Source of the DNA: Candidatus Gottesmanbacteria bacterium
Lineage (GTDB): Bacteria > Patescibacteriota > Microgenomatia > UBA10105 > UBA927
Length of the DNA stretch: 64,000 nt
NCBI GenBank assembly: GCA_903821745.1
Contig: CAIJMI010000005.1
Coordinates: 135,802 to 199,801 of the forward strand
Reading direction: 5' to 3'
Shown here: positions 10,565-21,146 of the stretch, piece after piece
Numbering within the stretch: the stretch's first letter is position 1
How the letters are laid out: the number at the start of each line of letters is the position of its first letter
Position numbers and translations under genes: made by a program
Notes under the pieces: generated by a model
What the model was told of the DNA's origin: nothing
The model's input: the letters and a program-made list of their open reading frames with translations, nothing else
Databases searched by the model: none

Positions 10565-10605
10565 ATATCCTTCACAGAAAGCATATTTAATGATAAAGTA
10601 TCACT

Positions 10606-11793
10606 ATGGATGCAATTGAAGGAATTATTACTCGCGGCGTTGAGAATATCATTCCGAACAAAGAAACCCTCAAAAAAATTCTTGCTTCGGGACGAAAACT
10701 CAATGTCTATTTAGGCATTGATCCCACGGCAACCAACATTCATGTCGGGCATGCTGTGCCGCTTCGAAAATTGCAGGCGCTCACAGATCTTGGTCATCAC
10801 GTCACATTTTTGATCGGCGATTTTACTGCCCTTATTGGAGATACGTCAGACAAAGACGGGGAACGGCCGGTGTTAACGAGCGAACAAATTGAACAAAATT
10901 TTCAAACCTACAAAAAACAGGCAAGTAAAATTTTGGATTTTTCAAAAGTTACCGTTGTCCATAATAGTGAATGGCTCAAAAAACTCACGTTTACCGACAT
11001 CGTCAAACTCACACAGCATTTCTCAGCTGGAGAATTCGTGGGCAGGGAACTGATTAAAAAACGATTACAAGAAGGCAAAAAAGTGGGATTGCATGAACTC
11101 CTGTATCCGGTTATGCAAGGGTATGACAGCTACGTGATGGATACTGATATTCAACTGGGCGGTACGGATCAAACATTTAATATGCAGGCTGGTCGCACAC
11201 TCCAAAAAGATTTACGGCAAAAAGAATCCTGTATTATTGCCAACGGATTTCTCGAGGGAACGGATGGACGCAAAATGAGCAAATCCTGGAATAATGCAAT
11301 TTGGCTGACCGATGAACCATCCGATATGTTTGGGAAAGTCATGTCGCTCAAAGATGAACTCATTGCACAGTATTTCTTGCTTGCAACAAATACGCCAATG
11401 GAAAAGATTGAAGAAATCAAAAAACGACTGAAGTCAGGTGAAAATCCAATGGTTATCAAAAAGGAACTGGCGTTCATCATGGTTTCAGAGTTGCATTCCA
11501 AAAAAGATGCAGAGGCAGCACGAAACTCTTTTGAATCAAAATTTCAAAAGAAAGCACCGATTGCCTCCGATATTCCGGAATTTAAAACCAAAGAGACGAA
11601 ATGGAAACTTGCAGATCTTTTGATGGCAACAGCAATGGTCGCCAGTAAATCCGAAGCCAGACGACTTATCGAACAGGATGCCATTGAAATAAACGGAATC
11701 GGAATCAAATTCCAAACTGCTGACGTGACGGTCAAATCCCATGATATAATCAAAGTCGGTAAAAAAAAGTTTGTGAAAATACATATTATATGA
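10606..11793 (+). CDS. tyrS: Tyrosyl-tRNA synthetase.
   Basis: HIGH-type motif (HVGHAV), KMSKS present, C-terminal S4-like domain. Confidence 0.92.
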   Translation: MDAIEGIITRGVENIIPNKETLKKILASGRKLNVYLGIDPTATNIHVGHAVPLRKLQALTDLGHHVTFLIGDFTALIGDTSDKDGERPVLTSEQIEQNFQTYKKQASKILDFSKVTVVHNSEWLKKLTFTDIVKLTQHFSAGEFVGRELIKKRLQEGKKVGLHELLYPVMQGYDSYVMDTDIQLGGTDQTFNMQAGRTLQKDLRQKESCIIANGFLEGTDGRKMSKSWNNAIWLTDEPSDMFGKVMSLKDELIAQYFLLATNTPMEKIEEIKKRLKSGENPMVIKKELAFIMVSELHSKKDAEAARNSFESKFQKKAPIASDIPEFKTKETKWKLADLLMATAMVASKSEARRLIEQDAIEINGIGIKFQTADVTVKSHDIIKVGKKKFVKIHII

Positions 11794-11903
11794 ACTTTTT
11801 CAGAAAACATCAGACAGTGTGGAAAGTGATTGTTGTTATTGCATCTTTAGCACTGATTGCAACATCATTTATTCCGCTTCTGTCCATAAAATAACAATAA
11901 CTC

Positions 11904-13952
11904 ATGACCCTTGCTGCAACCTCTCCCGTACAATATGTACCAAGGATCGGTCCGTCGTTTGCTAAAAAATTAGAGCATCTCGGTATTTTGACCGTTCGCG
12001 ACCTCTTATATCACACCCCCTTTCGGTATAACGACTTTTCACATACAACAAGCATTGCAAGACTGCATCCTGGCATGATGGTAAGTGTTAACGGAGAAGT
12101 CAAACAAATAAAAAATATTTTTACAAAAACGGGCAGGAAGATTCAGGAAGCCGTGGTTACGGATGACACGGGAAGTATTACCGTCATTTGGTTTAATCAG
12201 TTATTCCTTCCTAAAATAATCCATGCAGGAGATCAAATTGCACTGTCTGGATCTGTTGGGTTTTTTGGAAACAAACTCGCAATAGAATCTCCGGAATATG
12301 AACTCATTGTAGCCGACAAAATCCATCTTCACACCGGCCGTGTTGTGCCCATCTATTCGGAAACTGCGGGCATTTCGTCCAAATGGTTACGGTCACGCAT
12401 TTATTTTTTACTAACGGAATACCCAAATCTCATACACGAATATCTTCCAGACAATATTCGAAACATCTACAAACTGCCAAAACTCGAGGATGCGATACAA
12501 ACAGTCCATTTCCCAAAAACCGTGCAAGAAGGAGAAGCATCGGAAAAACGCCTTACGTTTGATGAACTTGTACTCATGCAATGTACATCATTTGAACAAA
12601 AGCGCATCTGGGAAGAAACAAAACGGGCGTCCGCATTTACGATACCCGAGTCAATACAAAATACATTTATCCAGGCACTTCCCTTTGCACTCACAAATGA
12701 TCAACACCGAGCCATACAGGATGTGACAAATGACCTAAAAAAAACTATACCAATGAATAGACTTCTGGAGGGCGATGTGGGAAGCGGAAAAACGGTTGTT
12801 GCGGGAGCCGCCATGTTTACTACTGCAAAAAACGGTTACCAATCTATTCTCATGGCTCCAACGCAAATTCTTGCAGAACAACATTATCAAACCATTTCCT
12901 CGCTCCTTACGCCGCTGGGACTAACGGTGGAGTTAATTCTTGGAGGGACAAAACAGGATCTTACCAAACAAAACAAAACCGATATTATGATCGGTACGCA
13001 CGCATTACTGCAAAATACCGTTCTTTTTTCTCATGTAGGACTTATCGTCATCGACGAACAACAACGCTTTGGTGTCTATCAACGTGCACTTTTGCGTTCA
13101 AAAGCGCCATCTGACCTCACACCGCATCTTCTCACCATGACGGCAACCCCAATTCCACGAACGCTTGCGTTGACCATGTATGGTAATCTCTCGCTTTCCA
13201 TACTCAAAGAAATGCCAATCGGAAGGTTACCGATAAAAACGTGGGTGGTTCCAAAAGAAAAGCGTGACGCTGCGTACGAATGGATCCGAAAAGAAATAAC
13301 GGCTCAAAATGCACAAGCGTTTATCGTCTGTCCATTTATTGAAGAATCGGAGTCCATGACCAGCGTAAAAGCTGCAACAAAAGAATTTGAACATCTAAAA
13401 AAACAGGTGTATCAAGATCTCACGCTCGAGCTTCTTCATGGCAGAATGAAACAGGCAGAGAAAACAAAACTACTGAACGATTTTCGCTCCGGAAAAACGA
13501 ATATTCTCGTTTCAACGCCCGTTGTAGAAGTTGGTATTGATATTCCAAATGCAACAGTGATGATGATTGAAGGGGCAGAACGGTTTGGGTTGTCACAACT
13601 TCATCAACTCCGTGGCCGTGTCGGTAGAGGGGATAAACAATCGTATTGTTTATTATTTACTGAATCCATGGAATCAACAACCATTGATCGGCTTAAAATT
13701 CTTGAAACAGTCCATAACGGTCCGGAGCTTGCGGAACACGATATGAGAATCCGCGGGCAGGGAGATTTGTTCGGAAACAGGCAACATGGCATTCCGGAAA
13801 TGGTGTTTTCTGCACTCGGAGATGACCGGATAATACAAAATTCCAAGGAGGTTGCTCAAAAACTCATAACCAGCGATCCGACGTTTATTTCATTTCCCCA
13901 CTTGAGAGAACGTCTAAATGAGAGTAAAATACAAGATATTGCACAGGATTAA
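11904..13952 (+). CDS. recG: ATP-dependent DNA helicase RecG.
   Basis: N-terminal OB wedge region. Walker A GDVGSGKT. DEQQ box (VIDEQQRFGV), which is RecG-specific. Helicase C motifs. Confidence 0.9.
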   Translation: MTLAATSPVQYVPRIGPSFAKKLEHLGILTVRDLLYHTPFRYNDFSHTTSIARLHPGMMVSVNGEVKQIKNIFTKTGRKIQEAVVTDDTGSITVIWFNQLFLPKIIHAGDQIALSGSVGFFGNKLAIESPEYELIVADKIHLHTGRVVPIYSETAGISSKWLRSRIYFLLTEYPNLIHEYLPDNIRNIYKLPKLEDAIQTVHFPKTVQEGEASEKRLTFDELVLMQCTSFEQKRIWEETKRASAFTIPESIQNTFIQALPFALTNDQHRAIQDVTNDLKKTIPMNRLLEGDVGSGKTVVAGAAMFTTAKNGYQSILMAPTQILAEQHYQTISSLLTPLGLTVELILGGTKQDLTKQNKTDIMIGTHALLQNTVLFSHVGLIVIDEQQRFGVYQRALLRSKAPSDLTPHLLTMTATPIPRTLALTMYGNLSLSILKEMPIGRLPIKTWVVPKEKRDAAYEWIRKEITAQNAQAFIVCPFIEESESMTSVKAATKEFEHLKKQVYQDLTLELLHGRMKQAEKTKLLNDFRSGKTNILVSTPVVEVGIDIPNATVMMIEGAERFGLSQLHQLRGRVGRGDKQSYCLLFTESMESTTIDRLKILETVHNGPELAEHDMRIRGQGDLFGNRQHGIPEMVFSALGDDRIIQNSKEVAQKLITSDPTFISFPHLRERLNESKIQDIAQD

Positions 13953-13979
13953 GACGTGTGCACTATTTTTTAATCGTAT

Positions 13980-14180
13980 ATGACACCACTACCAAAACGA
14001 AGACATTCAACCAGACGCGGTGGAAAACGCCATGCAGCAATTAAGCTGAGTTCCGTTGCACTTTCCATTTGTGCAAACTGCCATAAATCACGACGGCCAC
14101 ATACCATTTGCCCAAACTGTGGATTCTACGACGGCAAGGAAATACAGAAAAAAAAGATCAAAAAAGCAAAGAAAAAATAA
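13980..14180 (+). CDS. rpmF: Ribosomal protein L32.
   Basis: PKRRHSTRRGGKRHA plus a four-Cys zinc ribbon (C..C....C..C) and a K-rich tail. Confidence 0.8.
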   Translation: MTPLPKRRHSTRRGGKRHAAIKLSSVALSICANCHKSRRPHTICPNCGFYDGKEIQKKKIKKAKKK

Positions 14181-14187
14181 CGTCCTC

Positions 14188-14538
14188 ATGAAGACAGCGC
14201 AGGACCCCAGGCATCAACATCGCATTAACACCATGCAAAACTTGTTTGCATACAGTTTTGGGGGTAACGTCGACGCCAAAGAAATCCAAAGCGTACTCCC
14301 GCATCTTTCCGTCCTTGATCAAATGATTGCAAAAGCCGCTCCGGAATGGCCAATTGCAAAAATTGCAAAAATTGATCTTGCTATTCTTCGACTTGCTGTG
14401 TTTGAAATGACGGAGGAAAAAGAAACCCCAATGAAAGTAGTCATTGATGAAGCAATCGAAATTGCAAAAGCATACGGCAATCCAAATAGTGCGAAGTTTA
14501 TAAATGGCGTCTTAGGTACGATTGTCCAAACTCTATGA
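14188..14538 (+). CDS. nusB: Transcription antitermination factor NusB, short form.
   Basis: The ORF track extends the frame to 14056, overlapping rpmF. The NusB-like sequence (ARHQ...LDRL-type helices, KVVIDEAIEIAKAYG) starts at ATG 14188. Its stop overlaps the rnc start. Confidence 0.72.
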   Translation: MKTAQDPRHQHRINTMQNLFAYSFGGNVDAKEIQSVLPHLSVLDQMIAKAAPEWPIAKIAKIDLAILRLAVFEMTEEKETPMKVVIDEAIEIAKAYGNPNSAKFINGVLGTIVQTL

Positions 14539-15221
14539 CATTTGAAGCATTACAAAAAAAAATCAACGTCACATTTTCCAATCAGGAATTATTGAAAAAT
14601 GCCTTTTTTCACAGATCCTACCTGAATGAAGCCAAGCATATTCAACATTCCAACGAACGCCTGGAGTTTTTAGGTGATTCTATTCTTTCGTTCATCACTA
14701 GCAAATTTCTATATGAAACCTATCCGGATTATCCGGAAGGAACACTCACAAACATCCGGTCAAGCCTGGTCAAAACGAAAACGCTGGGGGAAACCGCCCA
14801 AGAATTGGGATTTGGTGAATTACTGTTTTTAAGCCATGGAGAAGAAGAATCAGGAGGGAGACACAACGTTTCTCTGCTTGCCGATTCATTTGAAGCATTC
14901 TTAGGAGCGCTGTGTCTTGACCAAGGAATTAACATAGCCAAGACATTCCTCGAAACGTACCTTTTTCCCAAAACTGCGTCCATTGTTGAAGCTAAATCGT
15001 ACATAGATTACAAAAGTTTACTCCAGGAAATTATTCAGGGAGAAACCAAGATTTCCCCCACATACACCGTTTCAAATACCGAAGGACCAGACCATAATCG
15101 CGTGTTTTACATTGACGCATTTATCGGAACAAAAAAACTCGGAACAGGAAAAGGGAAGTCCAAACAAGAGGGAGAACAGGCTGCTGCGCAAAATGCGCTT
15201 GAGAAGATAGGCAAAATATGA
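14535..15221 (+). CDS. rnc: Ribonuclease III.
   Basis: RNase III signature ERLEFLGDSIL. C-terminal dsRBD. Confidence 0.92.
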   Translation: MTFEALQKKINVTFSNQELLKNAFFHRSYLNEAKHIQHSNERLEFLGDSILSFITSKFLYETYPDYPEGTLTNIRSSLVKTKTLGETAQELGFGELLFLSHGEEESGGRHNVSLLADSFEAFLGALCLDQGINIAKTFLETYLFPKTASIVEAKSYIDYKSLLQEIIQGETKISPTYTVSNTEGPDHNRVFYIDAFIGTKKLGTGKGKSKQEGEQAAAQNALEKIGKI

Positions 15222-15236
15222 TATTCTTAGCATCTT

Positions 15237-15470
15237 ATGGTGAAAATTAAACTAACACAAACAGGATCACGCAACAGAAAAACATACCGCATTGTCGTCA
15301 TGGAAGAAGGCAAACGACGGGATGGCCGGCATATTGAGATTTTGGGTGTATATAACCCACTCGTAAAACCAGCACAAGTTACTATCAAAGAAGACCGATT
15401 AAAATACTGGCTTTCCGTAGGTGCTCAAGAGACAGACGGTGTTAAAAATATCCTTGCGAAAAAATCATGA
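15237..15470 (+). CDS. rpsP: Ribosomal protein S16.
   Basis: MVKIKLTQTGSRNRKTYRIVV is a canonical S16 sequence. Confidence 0.93.
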   Translation: MVKIKLTQTGSRNRKTYRIVVMEEGKRRDGRHIEILGVYNPLVKPAQVTIKEDRLKYWLSVGAQETDGVKNILAKKS

Positions 15471-15742
15471 AAGATACACTCATTTTTCTTGTGTCCAACA
15501 TCGTTGATCATCCTGAAGATATTGTTGTTGAAGTAAAAAAAGAAGAGACCCGAGATGTTTTGATTCTCCATGTTCATCCCGACGATATGGGAAAAGTGAT
15601 CGGAAAACAAGGACGAATTATCCGTGCGCTTCGGGATTTACTCAAATTGATGGCAGCAAAACAAAATGCATACGTCGATATTGAACTTTTTGAAGAACCA
15701 ATCGAAGGAACTCCTGTTCCTGAACCCGTTGATACGGTGTAA
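15467..15742 (+). CDS. KH-domain RNA-binding protein (YlqC/UPF0109 family).
   Basis: GKVIGKQGRIIRALRDL, i.e. a KH GxxG motif. Sits between rpsP and trmD as in Firmicutes-type operons. Confidence 0.75.
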   Translation: MKDTLIFLVSNIVDHPEDIVVEVKKEETRDVLILHVHPDDMGKVIGKQGRIIRALRDLLKLMAAKQNAYVDIELFEEPIEGTPVPEPVDTV

Positions 15743-15747
15743 TTTCC

Positions 15748-16431
15748 ATGAATATCACGATTCTAACCCTTTTCCCGGACATGTTCCGAGGTCCATTTGA
15801 TACATCCATTATTAAACGAGCAATTGTAAAAGGTGCTGTGACCATTACGTACGTTGATATTCGGGATTTTGCAACAGACAAACATAAAAGCGTCGATGAA
15901 CATCCCTATGGTGGAGGAGCGGGTATGATTTTGCGCGTCGATATCGTCGCCCGCGCAATTGATTATGCAAAAAACCTCCATCCAAAAGAAAAAACGTACA
16001 GTATTCTTATGGATCCGCAAGGAAAACAATTTGTTCAGCCAATGGCAAAACACCTTGCCGCAACGGTCGAGCATCTCATTTTACTTTGTGGTCATTATGA
16101 AGGAGTTGATGAACGTATCAGAACACTTGTTGATGAGGAACTCTCAATCGGTGATTATGTATTAACCTGCGGAGAACTTCCGGCAATGGTCGTTGTAGAT
16201 GCCGTTGTTAGACTACTTCCAGGAGTGTTAAAAAAAGAAGGAGTAACGGCAAACGAATCCTTTGAAGAACATCTTCTCGAATATCCACAATATACGAAAC
16301 CTGACATGTTTAACGGTAATGCAGTTCCCGAAGTGCTTCGTTCTGGAGACCACAAAAGAATTAAAACGTGGCAAACACAGCAAGCGATTATCAAAACAAA
16401 AATGCGGCGACCAGACTTAATAAAAACTTAA
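15748..16431 (+). CDS. trmD: tRNA (guanine37-N1)-methyltransferase.
   Basis: SPOUT-fold TrmD motifs (DERI..., SIGDYVLTCGELPAMVVVDA). Confidence 0.93.
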   Translation: MNITILTLFPDMFRGPFDTSIIKRAIVKGAVTITYVDIRDFATDKHKSVDEHPYGGGAGMILRVDIVARAIDYAKNLHPKEKTYSILMDPQGKQFVQPMAKHLAATVEHLILLCGHYEGVDERIRTLVDEELSIGDYVLTCGELPAMVVVDAVVRLLPGVLKKEGVTANESFEEHLLEYPQYTKPDMFNGNAVPEVLRSGDHKRIKTWQTQQAIIKTKMRRPDLIKT

Positions 16432-17177
16432 GGAGAGAATGGATCAATAGTAACTGGCTCAGTTTGAATGATTGCACTTCCAGAACTGACCGGTGTCTCA
16501 GGAGTTAAGAGCGGAAAAGACGCTACCTTATCAAGAATTTCTATCTCCTCAGCACTGAGTGTTGTTAATGAATCAGTGACTTTACTTAATAGTTTTGGAT
16601 CAGGAACATAATAGGCATCCATTGCAAGTGTCGACTTCGTCACCCCCGTTTTATTATCAAACGTTAAATCAAAACTCCGTACACGAAAAAATCTTCGAAT
16701 CTTCACTGCGCTGTCAACAACATTACGTACCCGATCAATTGATCCTTCGATAATAATAGAAAAAGGAACAATATTCACTCCAATTTTTTTTTCGTCCGCG
16801 CTCAACGATCTGGCTGATTCTGTTGCAACCGAGCCAACATGCCCGAGAGATACACCGGTAACAGTCACCCCTTCCCGTGCTGTTAATGCATCAACGGTCG
16901 AAAACAATGAGCCTAATGACTTATCAGCAGGAACTGCTGAAATAGCAGCCTTTGCATAAGAGGTAAGTACAGTTACATCAAGTTCATCCAAAATTCGTTT
17001 TTTTGTTTCAAGAGTTTTGACGGTACTTCGAAGTGTTTGCGTTTCCTTAAACAGTTTTATCGTCATTTTTATGCCAGGAGATACGCCGACAAAAAAAGCG
17101 ATCAGGCAAAAAACAAGAATTGTTCCAGATACAACAAAACTTTGATACATCCGTAAAAATCTTCGTATAGTTCTCAT
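16428..17177 (-). CDS. Type IV pilus assembly protein, PilO-like.
   Basis: Single N-terminal TM then a periplasmic-type domain. Position immediately downstream of pilM-pilN. Confidence 0.5.
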   Translation of the reverse strand: MRTIRRFLRMYQSFVVSGTILVFCLIAFFVGVSPGIKMTIKLFKETQTLRSTVKTLETKKRILDELDVTVLTSYAKAAISAVPADKSLGSLFSTVDALTAREGVTVTGVSLGHVGSVATESARSLSADEKKIGVNIVPFSIIIEGSIDRVRNVVDSAVKIRRFFRVRSFDLTFDNKTGVTKSTLAMDAYYVPDPKLLSKVTDSLTTLSAEEIEILDKVASFPLLTPETPVSSGSAIIQTEPVTIDPFSP

Positions 17178-17182
17178 ACTAT

Positions 17183-17734
17183 CTACAAAACGGTTATATA
17201 CATAAATCCCATGGTTACCGTCCCGTCTTTATTTAAAATAATCGAGGTAATCGTTGAATTTTTAATCTTGTTCTCATTCGTTAACCGTAACACGGTTTTA
17301 ACAATCGTAATTGCTTCTTCCAGTGTTTTTGTTTCAATTGCGATATGCACTGAATTTCCATCACCCAATGAAAAAGAGGTCAAACGGGGCGGCGCTGCGA
17401 TAAGAAGTGTTGTATCAATATACGGCGCAATGGATACTTGAAACAACATAATTTTTTTAAGCGATGTTACACGAGAACGAAGTGCAAGAAGCATGGCTTC
17501 TTTCGTCATATTTTCAGAAACGGAAGCAAACAATGTTTTTCTTTGAGTATCAAGAGATTGCTGTTGCAAACGAAGAACAAAAAAAACACTGAGTGTGGCA
17601 ACACCAACACCCATAAGGATAAAAAGAAGAATATATCGGGCTGTACGAAGATATCGCTCTGCCATCGATAAAACAGGAGAGTAGGAAACCTGACTTTGAA
17701 ATAAATTAATCGGATTTTTTTCCATACATATCAC
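17183..17734 (-). CDS. Type IV pilus assembly protein, PilN-like.
   Basis: Short cytoplasmic N-terminus (INLF..), one TM, then a coiled-coil region. Follows pilM. Confidence 0.6.
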   Translation of the reverse strand: MICMEKNPINLFQSQVSYSPVLSMAERYLRTARYILLFILMGVGVATLSVFFVLRLQQQSLDTQRKTLFASVSENMTKEAMLLALRSRVTSLKKIMLFQVSIAPYIDTTLLIAAPPRLTSFSLGDGNSVHIAIETKTLEEAITIVKTVLRLTNENKIKNSTITSIILNKDGTVTMGFMYITVL

Positions 17735-18753
17735 GAACGCATCGCAAGTCCAACAGCAACTGCAAATAACGGTCCTTCGGTCGATAACACATTAAAGCGT
17801 GCATCTTTAACAACACCAACCCAAGGATTGGCAAGTTGCGTTTCAATAGTAACGCTTTCCGTCATATACGAAACGATTCCTGGTAATTTTGCACTGCCTC
17901 CAGATAAAACAATAGCCTCAAGACGTTCGTTTGCATATTTTTCTCCAAAAAATGCAATAGCACGTTTTACTTCATTCATAATCGTTGCCATAATCGGTTC
18001 CATAGCCGTAACTAACTTTCCTTCTAAAAGTCCTTTTTGTAATCCATATGTTTTTTTGTATTCTTCGGCCTGAACTACCGTAAAATCTAAGGATTGTGAT
18101 AGTGAACGTGACAACGCTTCACCACCTGCACTAATGGAACGCACAAAAGCGATAACGCCGTTATGAAGGATAGTCATATCCGTTGTTTGCGCTCCTATGG
18201 AAACCAGCATAACATTGTTCACCATAGCCATAGACTTACTAATAGCACGAGACCCCGCAATAATTTCAGTTTCAGCAAAAACTGGAACCAGATCTGCAAG
18301 TTCTAACATAGTCATGTACCGCTCAATTAATACTTTTGGCGCTGCAATAAGAAGAACTTCCATTTTTCCGGTTGTTGTAGCCTTTGCGTCCCGAAGAATT
18401 GTAAAATCCATATTTACCTGGTCCAACGGAAGTGGAATATATTGTTCCGCTTCCCACTGAATTGCAGAAGTCAGTTCACGATTAGAAAGTTGCGGCACTT
18501 CAATAACTCGGGTAAACACCTGAGATTCAGGAAGTGCAATATTTACTTTATCGGATTTTGCTCCCGTCTCTTTCACGAGTTGTTTAATCACAAATGCAAC
18601 AGCCTCTGCATCAGCACTGACCGTTGAAGACAGTGTTTTACTGGGAGTTGGCATACTGCCTGCTGCAAGAAGCGTTCGGACCTCTTTTTCATGTCCGATC
18701 TCAATCAGCTTAATACTATGAGTCCCGATATCAATTCCTAAAATACTTTCCAT
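17731..18753 (-). CDS. pilM: Type IV pilus assembly ATPase-fold protein PilM.
   Basis: Actin-like fold. N-terminal ILGIDIGTHSIKLIEI. Start placed at the Met of MESILGIDIG. Confidence 0.85.
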   Translation of the reverse strand: MESILGIDIGTHSIKLIEIGHEKEVRTLLAAGSMPTPSKTLSSTVSADAEAVAFVIKQLVKETGAKSDKVNIALPESQVFTRVIEVPQLSNRELTSAIQWEAEQYIPLPLDQVNMDFTILRDAKATTTGKMEVLLIAAPKVLIERYMTMLELADLVPVFAETEIIAGSRAISKSMAMVNNVMLVSIGAQTTDMTILHNGVIAFVRSISAGGEALSRSLSQSLDFTVVQAEEYKKTYGLQKGLLEGKLVTAMEPIMATIMNEVKRAIAFFGEKYANERLEAIVLSGGSAKLPGIVSYMTESVTIETQLANPWVGVVKDARFNVLSTEGPLFAVAVGLAMRS

Positions 18754-18769
18754 AGGCAGGGTATAAAAA

Positions 18770-19588
18770 CTAATGTATAAACGAATTTTGACTATAGACA
18801 CTATAATCAAATATCGAAGCCGGCCAAGGATATTGTCGTTTTACAACAATTTTCCTCGTAACTCCACCGTCTGTTCTTCCGGTAGACGTAATTTCAACAC
18901 CCTGTTTTGGTAGCGTTATATCCGTTCCAACCGGTGCAACCGTAAATGTTGTATTGCCATAAAAAGGGCGAAGCCGAACTAAAAGGGGAATACCACCAGG
19001 AAGGGTAATATTTTGTCTATACACATTCATCACTGTTCCACAGCTACCATTAATTTCTGTTATAGAAGAAAAATTGTTTTGTGGGCGAGAAGCAATATCA
19101 GGATCATATGCACCGCGACTTACCATATAAACTCCGGCTAATTTATAGTACACAATCACTTCTATCGCTGGAGTCGGAAAACCACTAAGTGCTGGTGTCC
19201 AACAAATATTTAAGGACGTCCCTTTATAATAATCTGATTCATCAATTGCATTTAAACTCGTATGCCCAACTAACCAAACAGATTCCACTTTTCCTACATT
19301 CGTTGTGGGAAGCGTGTATGTTCCTGTGGTGCCGCCAATAATCGTTGACGTTGATGAATAACTTACTCCGGGAGCATAATTTTGCACATTAGTAACGGTC
19401 CCTGTTTTCAACGCCGCTTCAAGTCCTGCCTCAGCAGCACTAAACGCACGAGCAGATTCTTCTAAATTCCGACTCATAGAAACATCTGTAACACTCCGAC
19501 CAATAAGAGAAAGTGCAATGGTTATTGCAATGGATAACACCAAGACAGTAATAAGCAATACCTGTCCATGGACTCTATATGTTCTCAT
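18770..19588 (-). CDS. PilX-N-like type IV pilus minor component.
   Basis: N-terminus GQVLLITVLVLSIAITIALSLIGRS resembles the PilX_N domain. No canonical G|FTLxE site. Confidence 0.5.
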   Translation of the reverse strand: MRTYRVHGQVLLITVLVLSIAITIALSLIGRSVTDVSMSRNLEESARAFSAAEAGLEAALKTGTVTNVQNYAPGVSYSSTSTIIGGTTGTYTLPTTNVGKVESVWLVGHTSLNAIDESDYYKGTSLNICWTPALSGFPTPAIEVIVYYKLAGVYMVSRGAYDPDIASRPQNNFSSITEINGSCGTVMNVYRQNITLPGGIPLLVRLRPFYGNTTFTVAPVGTDITLPKQGVEITSTGRTDGGVTRKIVVKRQYPWPASIFDYSVYSQNSFIH

Positions 19589-19634
19589 ATATCTAGTATA
19601 CGGTTAAGCTTGGAAAAGACGCAAGTTCTTTTCA

Positions 19635-20222
19635 TCAATTATTCCGCGTTGTACCGGTCGACTGAAATGTCTCTGTCGCACCTTCAAATACTCCTGTTGT
19701 TGCATTTTGCTGTCGCAAACGAAAGAAGATGGAAACAGACGTTACTTTATCACCAATTGATGTACAGACAAATTGAAGCGCTGCATCCTCGGTATCAGCA
19801 ATACCGCATCCTGCATCTCCAGCGTTAGCAACTAACGTCACATTTCCGCTTGAAATAAATGAAGTTGTTGAAAGTGTTGCGCTTTCTGAAGCAATACGAA
19901 ATACACTTCGTGTTGTATATTGGGTATCCGCTGCACATCGAAAGGTAGTTTCAATACCATCAATATTAACAATCGTTAATTCTGATAGGATTGTACCGGT
20001 ACAGGGTGAGGAAACACCTCGAGCATTTTGAATCATTCGTCGTACGGTTTCCATCGTTGCTGTTCCAGTTTGTTTCATTTCTTTTAACTGTTCCGTCTTT
20101 GTATTCAACCGAACCGTTGTAAACAAAACCTGAGCTATAATAACTGAAACAAGAGAAAGGACACCTGCTGATACCAAGAGCTCAAGAAGCGTAAACCCGT
20201 GTTTCTGTTGACAGATGGTCAT
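19635..20222 (-). CDS. Prepilin-type minor pilin (PilW/FimT-like).
   Basis: Class III signal peptide MTICQQKHG|FTLLELLV. Confidence 0.7.
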   Translation of the reverse strand: MTICQQKHGFTLLELLVSAGVLSLVSVIIAQVLFTTVRLNTKTEQLKEMKQTGTATMETVRRMIQNARGVSSPCTGTILSELTIVNIDGIETTFRCAADTQYTTRSVFRIASESATLSTTSFISSGNVTLVANAGDAGCGIADTEDAALQFVCTSIGDKVTSVSIFFRLRQQNATTGVFEGATETFQSTGTTRNN

Positions 20223-20223
20223 A

Positions 20224-20643
20224 TTATTTCCAATTCGTTAATGTGGTTTGTAGTATCACTTCTTTTTGTATTCCAGATTCAATCCAGGAAACAGTTGATA
20301 TCACTACAACCGATTGCGTTCCCACGTCATAGGAATACGTTAAAAGTCTGGTATACCGATTATCTATTTGCGCGCAAGAATTAGGCAAAATAACACCTGC
20401 TGCATCGGCGCAAAATGTTCCAGAACGCGCAAACACTGCCCAACCTGCATCTCGCTCTTTTCTCGCAAGTTCCAAGCCTTCCTGTGCATACTGTGTGGCG
20501 TATGTTCGCAATCTACTTGTTTCTGCATATCGAAGCGATGCCGTTGTTCCAACAATAAGTCCAGTCACTAACAAAACAACAACACCAAGTGTTACTACTG
20601 ATTCAACAAGCGATTGTCCATGATACACCATCTGTCTCGTCAT
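20224..20643 (-). CDS. Prepilin-type minor pilin (PilV-like).
   Basis: Leader MTRQMVYHG|QSLVESVV with Glu at +5 and a hydrophobic helix. Confidence 0.55.
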   Translation of the reverse strand: MTRQMVYHGQSLVESVVTLGVVVLLVTGLIVGTTASLRYAETSRLRTYATQYAQEGLELARKERDAGWAVFARSGTFCADAAGVILPNSCAQIDNRYTRLLTYSYDVGTQSVVVISTVSWIESGIQKEVILQTTLTNWK

Positions 20644-21146
20644 AAGGTATTATAGTCACTAATGACTCCTGATTGCGTCACGCTAACGGAATATGTTCCA
20701 CCTTTACCGGAAAGCACAATAATCTGATCTCCCGTTAAATCAGTAACTCCCGTCACCGTAAAAAAACGAATAATGGGGTATGTTCCGCCAAATGTTATAC
20801 CTGCCGGTAAATACTGATACGAAATTTCATTACTGGTATCAATGGCAGTCCCATTTTGTGAACATACCGGCTTCGTGGTATAGCAAGGACCCTTTCCATT
20901 ACAATTCGCTAAAAAATCAATATCATAACCTTCCAATGTCGAATCATTAACACATAAGGCTGTCTTTTGACCGGACGTTGCTTTTGTTCGTGCAAGACGT
21001 AAATCCGTCCGAAGCGTCAATCCTGCTTGTTTTACCTTTTGCTTATCCGTATACAAATTGTAATTTAAAATAGTGAGGACAGAAATAATAAGAATAACAC
21101 CAATCACAACGATAAGTTCAATGAGCGTAAATCCTGTATGTTTCAT
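20640..21146 (-). CDS. Prepilin-type pilin.
   Basis: Leader MKHTG|FTLIELIVVIGV. Confidence 0.75.
   Translation of the reverse strand: MKHTGFTLIELIVVIGVILIISVLTILNYNLYTDKQKVKQAGLTLRTDLRLARTKATSGQKTALCVNDSTLEGYDIDFLANCNGKGPCYTTKPVCSQNGTAIDTSNEISYQYLPAGITFGGTYPIIRFFTVTGVTDLTGDQIIVLSGKGGTYSVSVTQSGVISDYNTL

Noticed and set aside
14056-14187. N-terminal extension of nusB overlapping rpmF
   Set aside because: It overlaps rpmF out of frame, is basic and low-complexity, and the NusB homology starts at Met 14188.
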